Shown here piece after piece: positions 1 to 9,472 of a stretch of 64,000 nucleotides of DNA (within the stretch, counting starts at the first letter, position 1; the number at the start of each line of letters is the position of its first letter). The notes beneath the pieces were generated by a model that worked only from the letters and a program-made list of their open reading frames with translations, searched no databases and was not told the DNA's origin. The position numbers and the translations under genes are program-made. Origin of the DNA: Truepera sp. Its GTDB lineage: Bacteria; Deinococcota; Deinococci; Deinococcales; Trueperaceae. Location: NCBI GenBank assembly GCA_965218435.1, contig CBDCKW010000009.1, forward strand, positions 2,976,001 to 3,040,000. Reading direction: 5' to 3'.

Positions 1-257
1 TCGTAAGCCTTACAGAAGTCTCTGTCAACCGCTATGCCGACTTTTACTCGCATCCGTGCGTATGTGTAATTTGCAACTGCTACAGACCTAGGACCTGACC
101 GAAAAGCCCACAGGTTATCTTGCGGTGGCTACAGAAAAGCCCGGAACCGGAACGTAAAGCGTCCTCGAGCACCTTGACCTTATACTGTCTGGGAAAGTGT
201 AAACCACATTTCTACGGTTCTTAACCAAGCATCCCTGCCTTAATGCTATAGTTAGGC

Positions 258-920
258 ATGGTTAAACCTGTACTCTTATCTGATTCGGTAGGCAACTACC
301 TCAAAGCGATCTGGGTGCTTGCCGAAGATAAGAGTATCAGCACGAAAGAACTCGCCGAGCACTTGGGCGTCACTGCACCGTCGGTTACAGGCATGTTGGG
401 CAAGTTAGCAAAACTCGGCCTCGTGACTTATGAGCGGTATTACGGCGCGAAACTGACGCAAGCGGGGCGGTTAGAGGCGCTCCGTTTGTTGCGTCGTCAC
501 CGGCTAATCGAGACGTTTTTGCTTGACTACCTCGACTACAGCTGGGACGAAGTACACGATGAAGCCGAACTGATGGAACACACCATGACGGAACGCTTTA
601 CCGAGCGGCTCGCGGAAAAGTTGGCGCAGCCTGCCTTTGACCCGCACGGTGACCCGATTCCGGCGGCGGACGGGACGCTGCCGGAGCGTGTCGGCGAACC
701 CTTAAGCAGCCTTAATGTTGGCGAAAAACTACGTGTCAACCGTATTTTAAGCCAGGAGAGCGAAGTGCTGAGCTACCTTTTTAACCTCGGCGTCAAACCC
801 GGCGTGGTGCTTACTGTTAAAGGCGTCGAACCCTTTGGCAAGTTGTTTCATATCGCCGGTCAGAACGGCGAGTTCGCGCTCTCGGCGGACCTAGCCGGGC
901 AGATCGAAGGCGAAAAGTGA
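258..920 (+). CDS. mntR: DtxR/MntR-family metal-dependent transcriptional repressor with C-terminal FeoA/SH3-like domain
   Basis: N-terminal wHTH (YLKAIW...LGVTAPSVTGML), RRHRLIETFL, EAELMEH and DPHGDPIP metal-site motifs; TATAGT at 247-252 lies 5 nt before the ATG (leaderless). Confidence 0.9.
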   Translation: MVKPVLLSDSVGNYLKAIWVLAEDKSISTKELAEHLGVTAPSVTGMLGKLAKLGLVTYERYYGAKLTQAGRLEALRLLRRHRLIETFLLDYLDYSWDEVHDEAELMEHTMTERFTERLAEKLAQPAFDPHGDPIPAADGTLPERVGEPLSSLNVGEKLRVNRILSQESEVLSYLFNLGVKPGVVLTVKGVEPFGKLFHIAGQNGEFALSADLAGQIEGEK

Positions 921-1121
921 CGGGCAAAATACTTCGGCTGTGAACTTACAAGTTCCTCAACCGTTTGCCAGATAAGGTTGCGTACAATATTTTTAGGTAA
1001 AGCAAATATCGAACAACAGCCGAGTCAACCTCCGTGACTCGGCTTACAACAGCTACGTTCTCGGTTACACGAACACCTCTGTTTCCGGCTCAAGCCGACC
1101 CGCCCAACTCGGCAAAAGTCT

Positions 1122-2351
1122 CTAAAACGCCCACTCGCCCGCCCGCATCACCGGCTCTTCAGAATCGTCATCACAAACTCCGGCAATCTCCATCTCCGCG
1201 GAGCCGATCATAAAGTCTACGTGCGTCAGCGAATCGTTGAGGCCGACGGCTTCGGCTTCATCGTCGCTCATGGTCGTGCCGCCTTCAGCACAGAAACGGT
1301 AAGCGCGGCCCAGCGCGAGGTGTGAGGCAGCGTTTTCATCGAACAAGGTGTTGTAAAAGAGCAGGCCGCTCTGCGAGATGGGGCTCGAGTGCGGTACCAG
1401 CGCCACTTCACCCAGGCGGGTCGCGCCTTCGTCGGTGGCTAGCAGGCGCTCCAAAGCGTCCTGACCCTGCGCTGCCTTCACGTCGGTGACGCGCCCTTCT
1501 TTGAAGGTCAGAGAAAAATCGTCAATCAGTTGCCCACTGTATGAAAGCGGTTTGCTGCTGTGAACCGTACCCTCGACGCGGGCGCGGTGCGGCGCGGTAA
1601 AGACCTCTTCAGTCGGCAAGTTGGCGACAAAGGTCGTCCCGGCGTCATTTTCCGACCCGCCCCCGCGCCAGATATGACCGTCAGCCAGACCCAGCAAGAG
1701 GTCGGTACCGGGGGCGCGGTAGTGCAGCGCCCGGTAGCGGCGTTCGTTGAGGTGCGTGCGGCGGGACTCGAGTTCACCCAGATGCGCCTGCCAGTTGGCC
1801 ACCGCGTCGTCGCTGTCCGCTCGAACCGCCTTGAAGATTGCGTCCCAAAGTTTGCCGACGCGCTCATCCGCAGGCGCGTCGGGAAATACCTTCTCCGCCC
1901 ACGCCGGGGTTGCGACCGCGACCACACACCAGTTGATCTCGTCGTTCATGACCTTATTCATAAACGGTTTGAGCGCCGTTTGCGCCGCCTTTTGCACCGC
2001 GGCAATGGCGTCACCGGGTTGCCCTTTGAGCAGGTCGGGATCGCCGCCGGTCACCGACAACCTCGCGCCGTTGTCATTAACCATCTCGAGCATCCCCTCT
2101 GCGAGCCACGCCGGGTAAAAGTCGAACGAATCTTCCGGCGCGTACTGAAACCGTGCGAGCGTCAAAGCGTCGTCGTTATAAAACGGATGGACATAGCGCA
2201 CACCGCGTTTGTAGGCGGCTTCGCTTACCTTAGCGAGCAGCGGCGACGCTTCGATGGGCGCAGCGATCATGAGCTGTTGACCGGCTTGTACGTTGAGACC
2301 GACTTCAGCAATCAGGGCGGCGTAACTGATAAGTTTATCGTCAAAATTCAT
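1122..2351 (-). CDS. M29-family aminopeptidase (AmpS/AmpT-like)
   Basis: NLPTEEVFTAP, GEVALV, LFDENAASHLALG and SLTHVDFMIGS motifs. Confidence 0.92.
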   Translation of the reverse strand: MNFDDKLISYAALIAEVGLNVQAGQQLMIAAPIEASPLLAKVSEAAYKRGVRYVHPFYNDDALTLARFQYAPEDSFDFYPAWLAEGMLEMVNDNGARLSVTGGDPDLLKGQPGDAIAAVQKAAQTALKPFMNKVMNDEINWCVVAVATPAWAEKVFPDAPADERVGKLWDAIFKAVRADSDDAVANWQAHLGELESRRTHLNERRYRALHYRAPGTDLLLGLADGHIWRGGGSENDAGTTFVANLPTEEVFTAPHRARVEGTVHSSKPLSYSGQLIDDFSLTFKEGRVTDVKAAQGQDALERLLATDEGATRLGEVALVPHSSPISQSGLLFYNTLFDENAASHLALGRAYRFCAEGGTTMSDDEAEAVGLNDSLTHVDFMIGSAEMEIAGVCDDDSEEPVMRAGEWAF

Positions 2352-2688
2352 AGGTTTAATCGTCAGTAGGTTTAGCTTAACGCCTGTGGCTTGGTAAACT
2401 TCGTGTGCTAATGCAGAGAATACAGCCTAGAGAAGCACCTATTCTCCCTGCTGTTTTCTGTATTCCGTCTCTACTCGAGCAGTAAAAATGTTGAGTGACC
2501 CTTGACTAAACGCTTAAACGTGAGAAACTTGATTACGTCAGCCGCCGCGCCGCGTTATAACAGGGAGTCTTGACCCGCTGCCTCTGCACCTCAGCCGCTC
2601 TCAGCACGCCGCCGCACAGCTGCGCACGGCTTAAACTGAGCTGTGGGTGGACACTGGCTGGCACGTCAGCGCCGCCCCAGGGAGGGAT

Positions 2689-3363
2689 ATGATCTTTCAA
2701 TTTTTGGGCCAATCGGGGTTTTTTGTCCAGACAGGTGAGCACGAACTGCTCATCGACCCTTTTCTAACGGGGAACGACAAAGCAGTTAGTAAACCCGAAG
2801 ACTTCTCACCGTCTTATATCATCTTGACGCACGCCCACGGCGACCACTACGGCGATACTGAAGCTATTGCCAAGCGGAGCGGCGCGACGGTCGTAAGCAG
2901 CTTTGAAGTCGTCACCTACTTGGGTAAAAAAGATATCAAAGGGCAACCGCTGAATATCGGCGGTCAGGTGACGCTGCCTTTTGGTTCGGTCAAGCAGACC
3001 CCGGCGTGGCACTCGAACTCACTGCCTGACGGCACCTATGCGGGGATGCCTGCGGGTATCATCTTGGGGTTAGAAGGTAAACGTATCTATCACGCCGGGG
3101 ATACCGGGTTATTTAGCGATATGAAGCTGATAGGGCAGGGCGGCCTAGACCTCGCCATCTTACCGATTGGCGACCTTTTAACGATGGGGCCGAGTGACGC
3201 TTTAGAGGCTGTGAAACTCTTAAACCCCAAACAGGTCATCCCTGTTCACTACGACACGTTCCCAATGATTGAGCAAGACGCGAACGCGTTTAAGTCGGTA
3301 GTCGAAAGCGAAACCGACGCCGAAGTCGTCGTCTTAAAACCAGGCGAAAGGCTGACCCTTTAA
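2689..3363 (+). CDS. Metallo-beta-lactamase-fold hydrolase (UPF0173-like)
   Basis: LIDPFLTGN, THAHGDH, YHAGDT and PVHY motifs; ATG at 2689 follows a GGAGG SD. Confidence 0.88.
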   Translation: MIFQFLGQSGFFVQTGEHELLIDPFLTGNDKAVSKPEDFSPSYIILTHAHGDHYGDTEAIAKRSGATVVSSFEVVTYLGKKDIKGQPLNIGGQVTLPFGSVKQTPAWHSNSLPDGTYAGMPAGIILGLEGKRIYHAGDTGLFSDMKLIGQGGLDLAILPIGDLLTMGPSDALEAVKLLNPKQVIPVHYDTFPMIEQDANAFKSVVESETDAEVVVLKPGERLTL

Positions 3364-3366
3364 CCC

Positions 3367-4311
3367 TTGCGCCAGCCTGCTTTTGTCCCCGACGGGTATA
3401 CCCTCTTGCACCTGCTCGGTTCAGGTAACACCGCGCACGTGTACGAGGCGCGGCACGCCGAACACGGCACCGTGGCGCTGAAACTGCCTAAAAGCGAGCT
3501 GCAACACGACCCGGTGCTCCGGCGGATGTTTGAAAACGAGGTGCAGCTGACGACGCCGCTCAAACATCCGCGGGTGATCAACGCTTACGGCGGTTACCCG
3601 ACCGGCGAATGGGCGTTTTTGGCGTTGGAGTTTTGTGAAGGCACTCTAGACGCCGAATTGGGATTGCGTTTGCCGCTGGCTTTGGCGTACCGGCTGGTGC
3701 TCGAGGTCGCCCAAGGGCTCTCACACAGCCATCAGCGGCAAATCCTGCACCGTGACGTCAAACCCGCCAACGTCTTCCTGCAGGGCGGTCACGCCAAACT
3801 CGGCGACTTTGGCACGGGCGCGTATATCAGTGACGTGTTCGGCGCACCCCCGAATACCGAAAAGGTCGGGACGGCCTTTTACATGGCCCCGGAAATTTTT
3901 CAGGGCAAAAGCGCCACGGTGCGGAGCGACGTGTACAGCTTAGGCATCTTGGCCTATGAGGTCATTTCAGGTGTGCGCCCCTTTACCGGCGAACACGAAG
4001 GCGAACTGATGCTCGCGCATTCGTCGGGCGTCCCGGTCTCTTTACGGCAACTGCGGGCCGAGGTAAGCCCTGAAGTCAACCGGGTTATCGTCAGTGCGAT
4101 GTCTCGTACCCCGGAAAAACGCTTTGACAGCGCCGAAGCGTTTGTCACCGCGTTCGCTGAGGTGACCGGTCAACCGGCCAGCGACGCCATCACCGAACTA
4201 CAACTCGGGCGGGCGGGCCGTACCAACGGCACCGCACTTAAAAGCAAACGTGAACCGCAACCAAGCGAAAAGTCCGGGCGGTTCGGTTGGTTTGGGCGGA
4301 GGCGCAGTTGA
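3367..4311 (+). CDS. Hanks-type Ser/Thr protein kinase, cytoplasmic
   Basis: LGSGNTAHVY Gly loop, VALK, HRDVKPAN, DFG, YMAPE and DVYSLG; no TM or PASTA region. Confidence 0.92.
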   Translation: MRQPAFVPDGYTLLHLLGSGNTAHVYEARHAEHGTVALKLPKSELQHDPVLRRMFENEVQLTTPLKHPRVINAYGGYPTGEWAFLALEFCEGTLDAELGLRLPLALAYRLVLEVAQGLSHSHQRQILHRDVKPANVFLQGGHAKLGDFGTGAYISDVFGAPPNTEKVGTAFYMAPEIFQGKSATVRSDVYSLGILAYEVISGVRPFTGEHEGELMLAHSSGVPVSLRQLRAEVSPEVNRVIVSAMSRTPEKRFDSAEAFVTAFAEVTGQPASDAITELQLGRAGRTNGTALKSKREPQPSEKSGRFGWFGRRRS

Positions 4312-4368
4312 GCGGCGTCCGGGGGTAGGGCCTCGAACAAAGCGCGTAGCGCCCTATTGACCGGTCCA

Positions 4369-4553
4369 TACGAGTCTAGAACGGGCTGTTGAGCCCTCTG
4401 GAAAGTAGCGGTCATGTCCCCCTAGATTACTGTCTAGGACGATCTTTAAGGCGATCTACCGGGTCATGCTCAGGCAGACAAACATCTTCTTGTCTAGCTT
4501 ATACAACAAAGCACGTTCCAGATAAGGTTACTAAAAAATTGCCGTGTACTTAG
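4369..4553. mobile_element. Left-truncated copy of the IS4/IS10-like MITE at 60648-60857
   Basis: Ungapped alignment to 60673-60857 with about 28 mismatches in about 185 nt (hand count); keeps the right TIR TTGCCGTGTACTTAG; left TIR absent. Confidence 0.8.
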
Positions 4554-4847
4554 CTCTTTGCCACCAACTATCCCGACAAAAAAGCCTGTCTCAAAGCTCA
4601 TCGTTACCGCAGGTAGACCGAAGAAATGTTCGGCGACTTTAGGGGTCACGGCGCTGACTTAGCGCAAACCCGCCTTCGTTCTACCGACAAGCTTCACCGG
4701 CTCACGCTGGCGGTTTGTTTGCTCTATCTCTGGTTCGTTGCCTTTGGCTCCCGGGTTATCAAGTGGGGGCTGCGCAAGCTGGTCGACTGTAGGTCCAGAA
4801 GAGACCTCAGTAGCTTTCGCATCGGCTTCGACTTCTTATCAAAATAA
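4554..4847 (+). pseudogene. IS4-family DDE transposase 3' remnant
   Basis: Reads LFATNYP..ACLKAHRYRR*TEEMFGDFRGHGADL...RRDLSSFRIG: a degenerate Y-x2-R-x3-E-x6-K region with an internal TAG; 5' part missing. Confidence 0.8.
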
Positions 4848-4917
4848 CAGTCGGAGTTGCTTAGAGAGATACCAATACAAGACACTCCTGTCCGTCAGTT
4901 CGGGCTAAAATAACCCT

Positions 4918-5661
4918 GTGGGACAGCGTTACGCCGTGCAAGAAGGGATTATCTTGCGCCGCTCGGAGTTGCCGAGTGGCGATATTATCGTGACACTCTT
5001 AAGCGAAGAGAGCAAGTGGCGCGCGGTAGCCCGTAAAGGCAAGCTCGTCGGCGGCAACTTGGGCAAACTGAGCCTCTTTCATGACGTGACGGTGCAGCAC
5101 TACACCCGCCCCGGTGACCAAAGCGACTTGGCGCTTATTACGCAAGTCCAGCTTAACGGCGCACTGCCTCGGCTCAGCGACCCCGATATCTACCCGTACG
5201 CACATGTCCTCGCTGAACTGACCAACAAACTTGCAGTAGACGTGCATCTCGACGGCGGCTTTTACCGCTATTTTACCGGAGCCTTGCGCGGCGTGTCGCA
5301 ACAAACCGATCCCGAACGCGTCGCGCTGGTCATGAGCTGGCGGCTGTTGGCGCAAGGGGGACTTTCGCCGAGAGTGACGCGCTGCGCTCGTTGCGGCGAG
5401 CGCGACTTAGAGGGAGCAACCACCTTTGACGTGGCCGCCGGTGGTCTCAGCTGCGCGGCCTGTAACAGCGGCTTTCGGCTTTTGTCCTCAGTCCAAGGCG
5501 AGTTGACGGCGCTGCACCGTCTCAGCGTAGCCGAAGCCCTTACCTTACCCTTTTCTGAGCGCCGCGCACACTGGACGCTGTTGTCACGGTACTTGGGCTA
5601 CCACGTCGGTGAGGTGCAGAGTTTGCTCTATCTGCCCAGAACAGCGGAAGCCGCCGTCTAA
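4918..5661 (+). CDS. recO: DNA repair protein RecO
   Basis: N-terminal OB fold (EGIILRR..D.IVTLL..AVARKG) and CxxC...CxxC zinc finger as in Deinococcus/Thermus RecO. Confidence 0.9.
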   Translation: MGQRYAVQEGIILRRSELPSGDIIVTLLSEESKWRAVARKGKLVGGNLGKLSLFHDVTVQHYTRPGDQSDLALITQVQLNGALPRLSDPDIYPYAHVLAELTNKLAVDVHLDGGFYRYFTGALRGVSQQTDPERVALVMSWRLLAQGGLSPRVTRCARCGERDLEGATTFDVAAGGLSCAACNSGFRLLSSVQGELTALHRLSVAEALTLPFSERRAHWTLLSRYLGYHVGEVQSLLYLPRTAEAAV

Positions 5662-5714
5662 GCGAGCTACTGTTTGGACAAGATGTATAAACTGAGCTTT
5701 ATGGACGAAACCGT

Positions 5715-6326
5715 GTGAATGGGTTTTGGGTTTTAAGTCTTCTGGCAGGATATTTACTCGGTAGTCTGCCGAGCGCGGCGCTGGTGGCGCGGCTTAAACG
5801 GCAAAATATCTTCGAGGTGGGCTCGAGCAGTATGGGCGCGATGAATACCGCCCGAAACCTCGGGTGGGCGCTCGGGGCACTTGTTTTGCTCCTCGACTTA
5901 GGAAAAGGCGCGTTGGCAAGTTTTATCGGCCTTTGGCTCGGTGCGCTCGGCGGTGACCCGCTCGTGACGCCGCTCGCCGCCGGAGTCGGCGCGATTGTCG
6001 GACACCTCTGGTCGGTCTGGGTCGGGTTTCGTGGAGGTAAAGGACTCGCCACGACGCTTGGTGTCGCGCTGCCGGTCTATCCACTCGGCGGACTTTACGG
6101 TCTTGCCGCGCTACTTTTATTGATCGTCATCTTCCGCCGCGTGACCTTGGCAACATTTTTAACGGCGCTCGTCTACCCGGTCGGAGTTTACCTCTCGCTG
6201 GCTGCGTCTGCGCCGCCGACACGGGTCATGGCGACGACGTTAGCGGCGTGTCTGATCGCGTTCCTCGTCGCGCTTAAACATGTGTTGCCCAGCCGCCCAG
6301 TCACGGGGCCGCTCCGCCAGCCCTAA
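5715..6326 (+). CDS. plsY: Glycerol-3-phosphate acyltransferase PlsY
   Basis: [26 protein letters not shown] and FRGGKGLAT motifs. Confidence 0.9.
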   Translation: MNGFWVLSLLAGYLLGSLPSAALVARLKRQNIFEVGSSSMGAMNTARNLGWALGALVLLLDLGKGALASFIGLWLGALGGDPLVTPLAAGVGAIVGHLWSVWVGFRGGKGLATTLGVALPVYPLGGLYGLAALLLLIVIFRRVTLATFLTALVYPVGVYLSLAASAPPTRVMATTLAACLIAFLVALKHVLPSRPVTGPLRQP

Positions 6327-7415
6327 ACGCCACGCCACCGCCTGCGCGACGCGCACCCCGGCTAAACCGTCCCCGTACGGGTTCGGACCGCCTTTCATCG
6401 CAGCTCTCGCAGCCGGGTCAGCCAGCAGCGGGCGTAAAACAGCCGCGACACGTTCAGGCGTATTGCCGGCCAACTTGAGCACCCCCGCCGCCACCCCTTC
6501 GGGCCGCTCGGTGACGTTTCTTAAGACGACGACCGGCACACTGAGCGCCGCGCCTTCTTCTTGTAAGCCGCCCGAATCGGTGACGATCAGTTCAGAGGCG
6601 CTCATCAGGGCGATCATCTGGGCGTACTCGAGCGGCTCAGTCAACCTCACATTGGGTACGCGGGCCAGCGGTTCCCAAACGGCCTCTCGGACTGCCGGAT
6701 TGAGGTGAACCGGATAGACGAAGGTGTAGGTGGGAAACTCGGCGGCCAGCTCTGCGAACAGCTCGGCAAGCGGGCGGAGAAAGGGCAAGTTCTCGCGGCG
6801 GTGCATAGTCAGAGTGACAATAGGGCCACGCGGCGAACCGGACCAGTGAGCGTTTTTTGCCACCAACTGCACGGCGTCTACCGCCGTATTACCGGTCACA
6901 ACCACCGTCTCCGCACGTTTACCTTCGCGGAGCAAGTTGGCTTTAGCAAGAGGCGTAGGGGGTAGCTCGAGGTCGGTCAGGACGTCCGTCAAGCGGCGGT
7001 TGGCCTCTTCGGGAAAAGGTTCTTTGAGGTTGTGTGACCGGAGGCCCGCTTCGACGTGCGCAACTGGAATCCCTTCAAAATAGGCAGCCAAAGCCACCGC
7101 AAAAGTTGACAAGGTGTCGCCGTGAACCAACACATAGTCAGCCTGCAGGGTTTTGAGGGCCGCCGCTGCCGCCGGCACAGTGCGAGCGAGCAGGTCGGGG
7201 AGCGTCTGCCGCACCTGCATCACGCCCAGGTCGAAGTCGGGGACAAGCTTAAAGAGCTCTAAAACACTGTCGAGCTGTTCGCGGTGTTGGCCGGTAACGA
7301 GTAACAGGGGCTCGAGGCCCGCTTGCTTACGCAGCGCATAGATGACCGGGGCCATTTTGGTCGCTTCGGGGCGGGTGCCGAAGGCGGCACAGACCCTTGC
7401 AGGTACTCTACTCAC
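6240..7415 (-). CDS. wecB: UDP-N-acetylglucosamine 2-epimerase (non-hydrolysing)
   Basis: [33 protein letters not shown] and NPYGDG motifs. Confidence 0.95.
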   Translation of the reverse strand: MSRVPARVCAAFGTRPEATKMAPVIYALRKQAGLEPLLLVTGQHREQLDSVLELFKLVPDFDLGVMQVRQTLPDLLARTVPAAAAALKTLQADYVLVHGDTLSTFAVALAAYFEGIPVAHVEAGLRSHNLKEPFPEEANRRLTDVLTDLELPPTPLAKANLLREGKRAETVVVTGNTAVDAVQLVAKNAHWSGSPRGPIVTLTMHRRENLPFLRPLAELFAELAAEFPTYTFVYPVHLNPAVREAVWEPLARVPNVRLTEPLEYAQMIALMSASELIVTDSGGLQEEGAALSVPVVVLRNVTERPEGVAAGVLKLAGNTPERVAAVLRPLLADPAARAAMKGGPNPYGDGLAGVRVAQAVAWRLGLAERPRDWAAGQHMFKRDEERDQTRR

Positions 7416-7418
7416 GCG

Positions 7419-8507
7419 TCACGTGCGGCGCGCCGCCTGACGCGTCACCTCACGCACCCGCAAAAAGCTCACACCACCGACCAAGACGACGGTCGCCGTT
7501 ACGGTCAGGTAGATGAGTTCGGGCGGCGTTTGCGAGAGCGTCAGGCCGCACGCGCTAAAGATCAGCGCCGCGCCCCACAACACGAGCACCGTCAGCGGTT
7601 TCGACCCGCTCCGCACCCGGATCAGGTCGTGCAGGTGGTCGTTGGCCGCCGCCGCCGGGTTTTGACGGCGCGACAACCGGCGGAGCGTCACCTGCGTCAG
7701 GTTTACAACCGGTACTGCCAAAATCAGAATCGGCGCGGCGACCGTGACCGCTGCCGTCACTTTCAGCGCCCCCAACACGCTGACCGCAGCCAGCACGTAC
7801 CCGAGCAGATACGCGCCCGAGTCGCCCATGATGACCTTGGCGGGGTTGTAGTTATGCCGTAAGAACCCCAGCGCGGCCCCGGCTAGCGCGGCGAGCAGCA
7901 GCACCGCTGCGCCGCGTTCAGGTAGCTGCACTGCGGCGGCTAAGAGGGCGAGGCTCGAGATCGCCGCCAGACCCGACGACAAGCCGTCGAGCCCGTCAAT
8001 AAAGTTAAACGCGTTGGTAAACCCGACGATCCACAGCAGCGTCAAGCCAGCGGCGAGCACCGGGCCAAAAAATTGATACGGTGACGCGCCGAAATAGTTG
8101 GTGATAAAGTCTACCCGAACCCCGTTTACGACCACGATACCGGCGGCCACGAACTGACACGCGAGCCGCGTCAGCGCCGGAACTTCCCAGAGGTCGTCGA
8201 AAAGTCCGACGAGCGTCATCAGCGCGCCGCCGAGCACAATCGCCAAGAGTTCTTCGCGGTACGCCGCCAGCAGGTCGGGGCGGAGTAACCCGCCAATCAG
8301 TAGCGCACCCATAAACCCGCCGAAAATAGCAACGCCGCCGATGTTGGGGACCGCGCCCTCGTGAACCCGTCGCCCGCCGCCCTGCTGCAACGCGCCGATA
8401 CGCCGCGCAAATCCCTCGACACGCGGCGTTAAGGCGGCGACCAACACGAGCGCCACGGTAAAGGTCGGCAGGGCGAGCGGCAGGTAAAAAAGCAGTTGGT
8501 CGCGCAC
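7419..8507 (-). CDS. Undecaprenyl-phosphate GlcNAc-1-phosphate transferase (WecA/TagO, MraY family)
   Basis: Multi-TM; GLFDD, NAFNFIDGLDGL, PAKVIMGDSG and HLH motifs. Confidence 0.9.
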   Translation of the reverse strand: MRDQLLFYLPLALPTFTVALVLVAALTPRVEGFARRIGALQQGGGRRVHEGAVPNIGGVAIFGGFMGALLIGGLLRPDLLAAYREELLAIVLGGALMTLVGLFDDLWEVPALTRLACQFVAAGIVVVNGVRVDFITNYFGASPYQFFGPVLAAGLTLLWIVGFTNAFNFIDGLDGLSSGLAAISSLALLAAAVQLPERGAAVLLLAALAGAALGFLRHNYNPAKVIMGDSGAYLLGYVLAAVSVLGALKVTAAVTVAAPILILAVPVVNLTQVTLRRLSRRQNPAAAANDHLHDLIRVRSGSKPLTVLVLWGAALIFSACGLTLSQTPPELIYLTVTATVVLVGGVSFLRVREVTRQAARRT

Positions 8508-8583
8508 CCGTCTAGTTTACTCGGTTAGTAGTGTGTGTAAAGTAGGGACGCACGTCATTATCACGATTATCGTTGTGACTAGC

Positions 8584-9234
8584 TTAGCGCGTCCCGTAAA
8601 TACGATCGCCCGCATCACCGAGACCCGGCACGATGTAGCCGTGGTCGTTGAGGCGTTCGTCTTGTGCTGCCAAGATAATTTCAACGTCCGGGTGCGCACC
8701 CTGAATTGCCGCAACGCCTTCAGGCGCACCCAAGATGCACAAAAGCCGAATCCGCGCCGCACCTAAGTTTTTAAGAATGGTGATCGCAGCAGCGGCGCTC
8801 CCGCCGGTCGCCAGCATCGGATCGAGCAAAAAGACGTCACGGTCGGCGATGTCTGAGGGGAGTTTGTTGTAGTACTCGACGGGTTCTAAGGTTTCCGGGT
8901 CGCGGTAGAGTCCGATATGGCCGACTCTCGCAGTCGGTACGAGCGTCAAAATCCCGTCTACCATCACCAGACCGGCCCGCAAAATCGCGACCAAGGCCAG
9001 CTTTTTACCACTTAAACGTTCCGTTTTTGCCTCTGCTACCGGGGTTTGAATCGTCACAGACTCCACGGTCAGGTCGCGCATCGCTTCAAAAGCCATCAGC
9101 ATACTGAGTTCTTGGCACAGCTCCCGAAAGTCGCGCACATCGGTCGTGCGGTCGCGTAACAGCGACAGTTTGTGCTGCACCAAGGGGTGGTCAATCACGG
9201 TTACAGACGTGCGAGGGGCGCTACGGGCAGACAT
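8584..9234 (-). CDS. upp: Uracil phosphoribosyltransferase
   Basis: [23 protein letters not shown] and [12 protein letters not shown] motifs. Confidence 0.97.
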   Translation of the reverse strand: MSARSAPRTSVTVIDHPLVQHKLSLLRDRTTDVRDFRELCQELSMLMAFEAMRDLTVESVTIQTPVAEAKTERLSGKKLALVAILRAGLVMVDGILTLVPTARVGHIGLYRDPETLEPVEYYNKLPSDIADRDVFLLDPMLATGGSAAAAITILKNLGAARIRLLCILGAPEGVAAIQGAHPDVEIILAAQDERLNDHGYIVPGLGDAGDRIYGTR

Positions 9235-9472
9235 GCCTCAGGGTAGCACGTCTAACTTTTCCTTACAGGTTTAGAGTGCTGCACCGAGGAGAGACAGGGT
9301 AAATACAAATTGTTCAGGCGTCACAGACAACGCTCGGTCCGGCGGTACAACGTTGATGGAGAGCTCGAGCGGCTTTCGTGATAACGTCTAGTTTGCTGGC
9401 ATGTCTTTGTCCTAAAGCTGAGCCCATTTCCTGAGCTGTTCTAAGCTGACCGGTCCATACTTTGGGGGAACC

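Noticed and set aside
1560..2369. 269-aa ORF antisense to the aminopeptidase, and many similar shadow ORFs in the track
   Set aside because: They fully overlap well-supported genes, carry no motifs and are expected in GC-rich DNA
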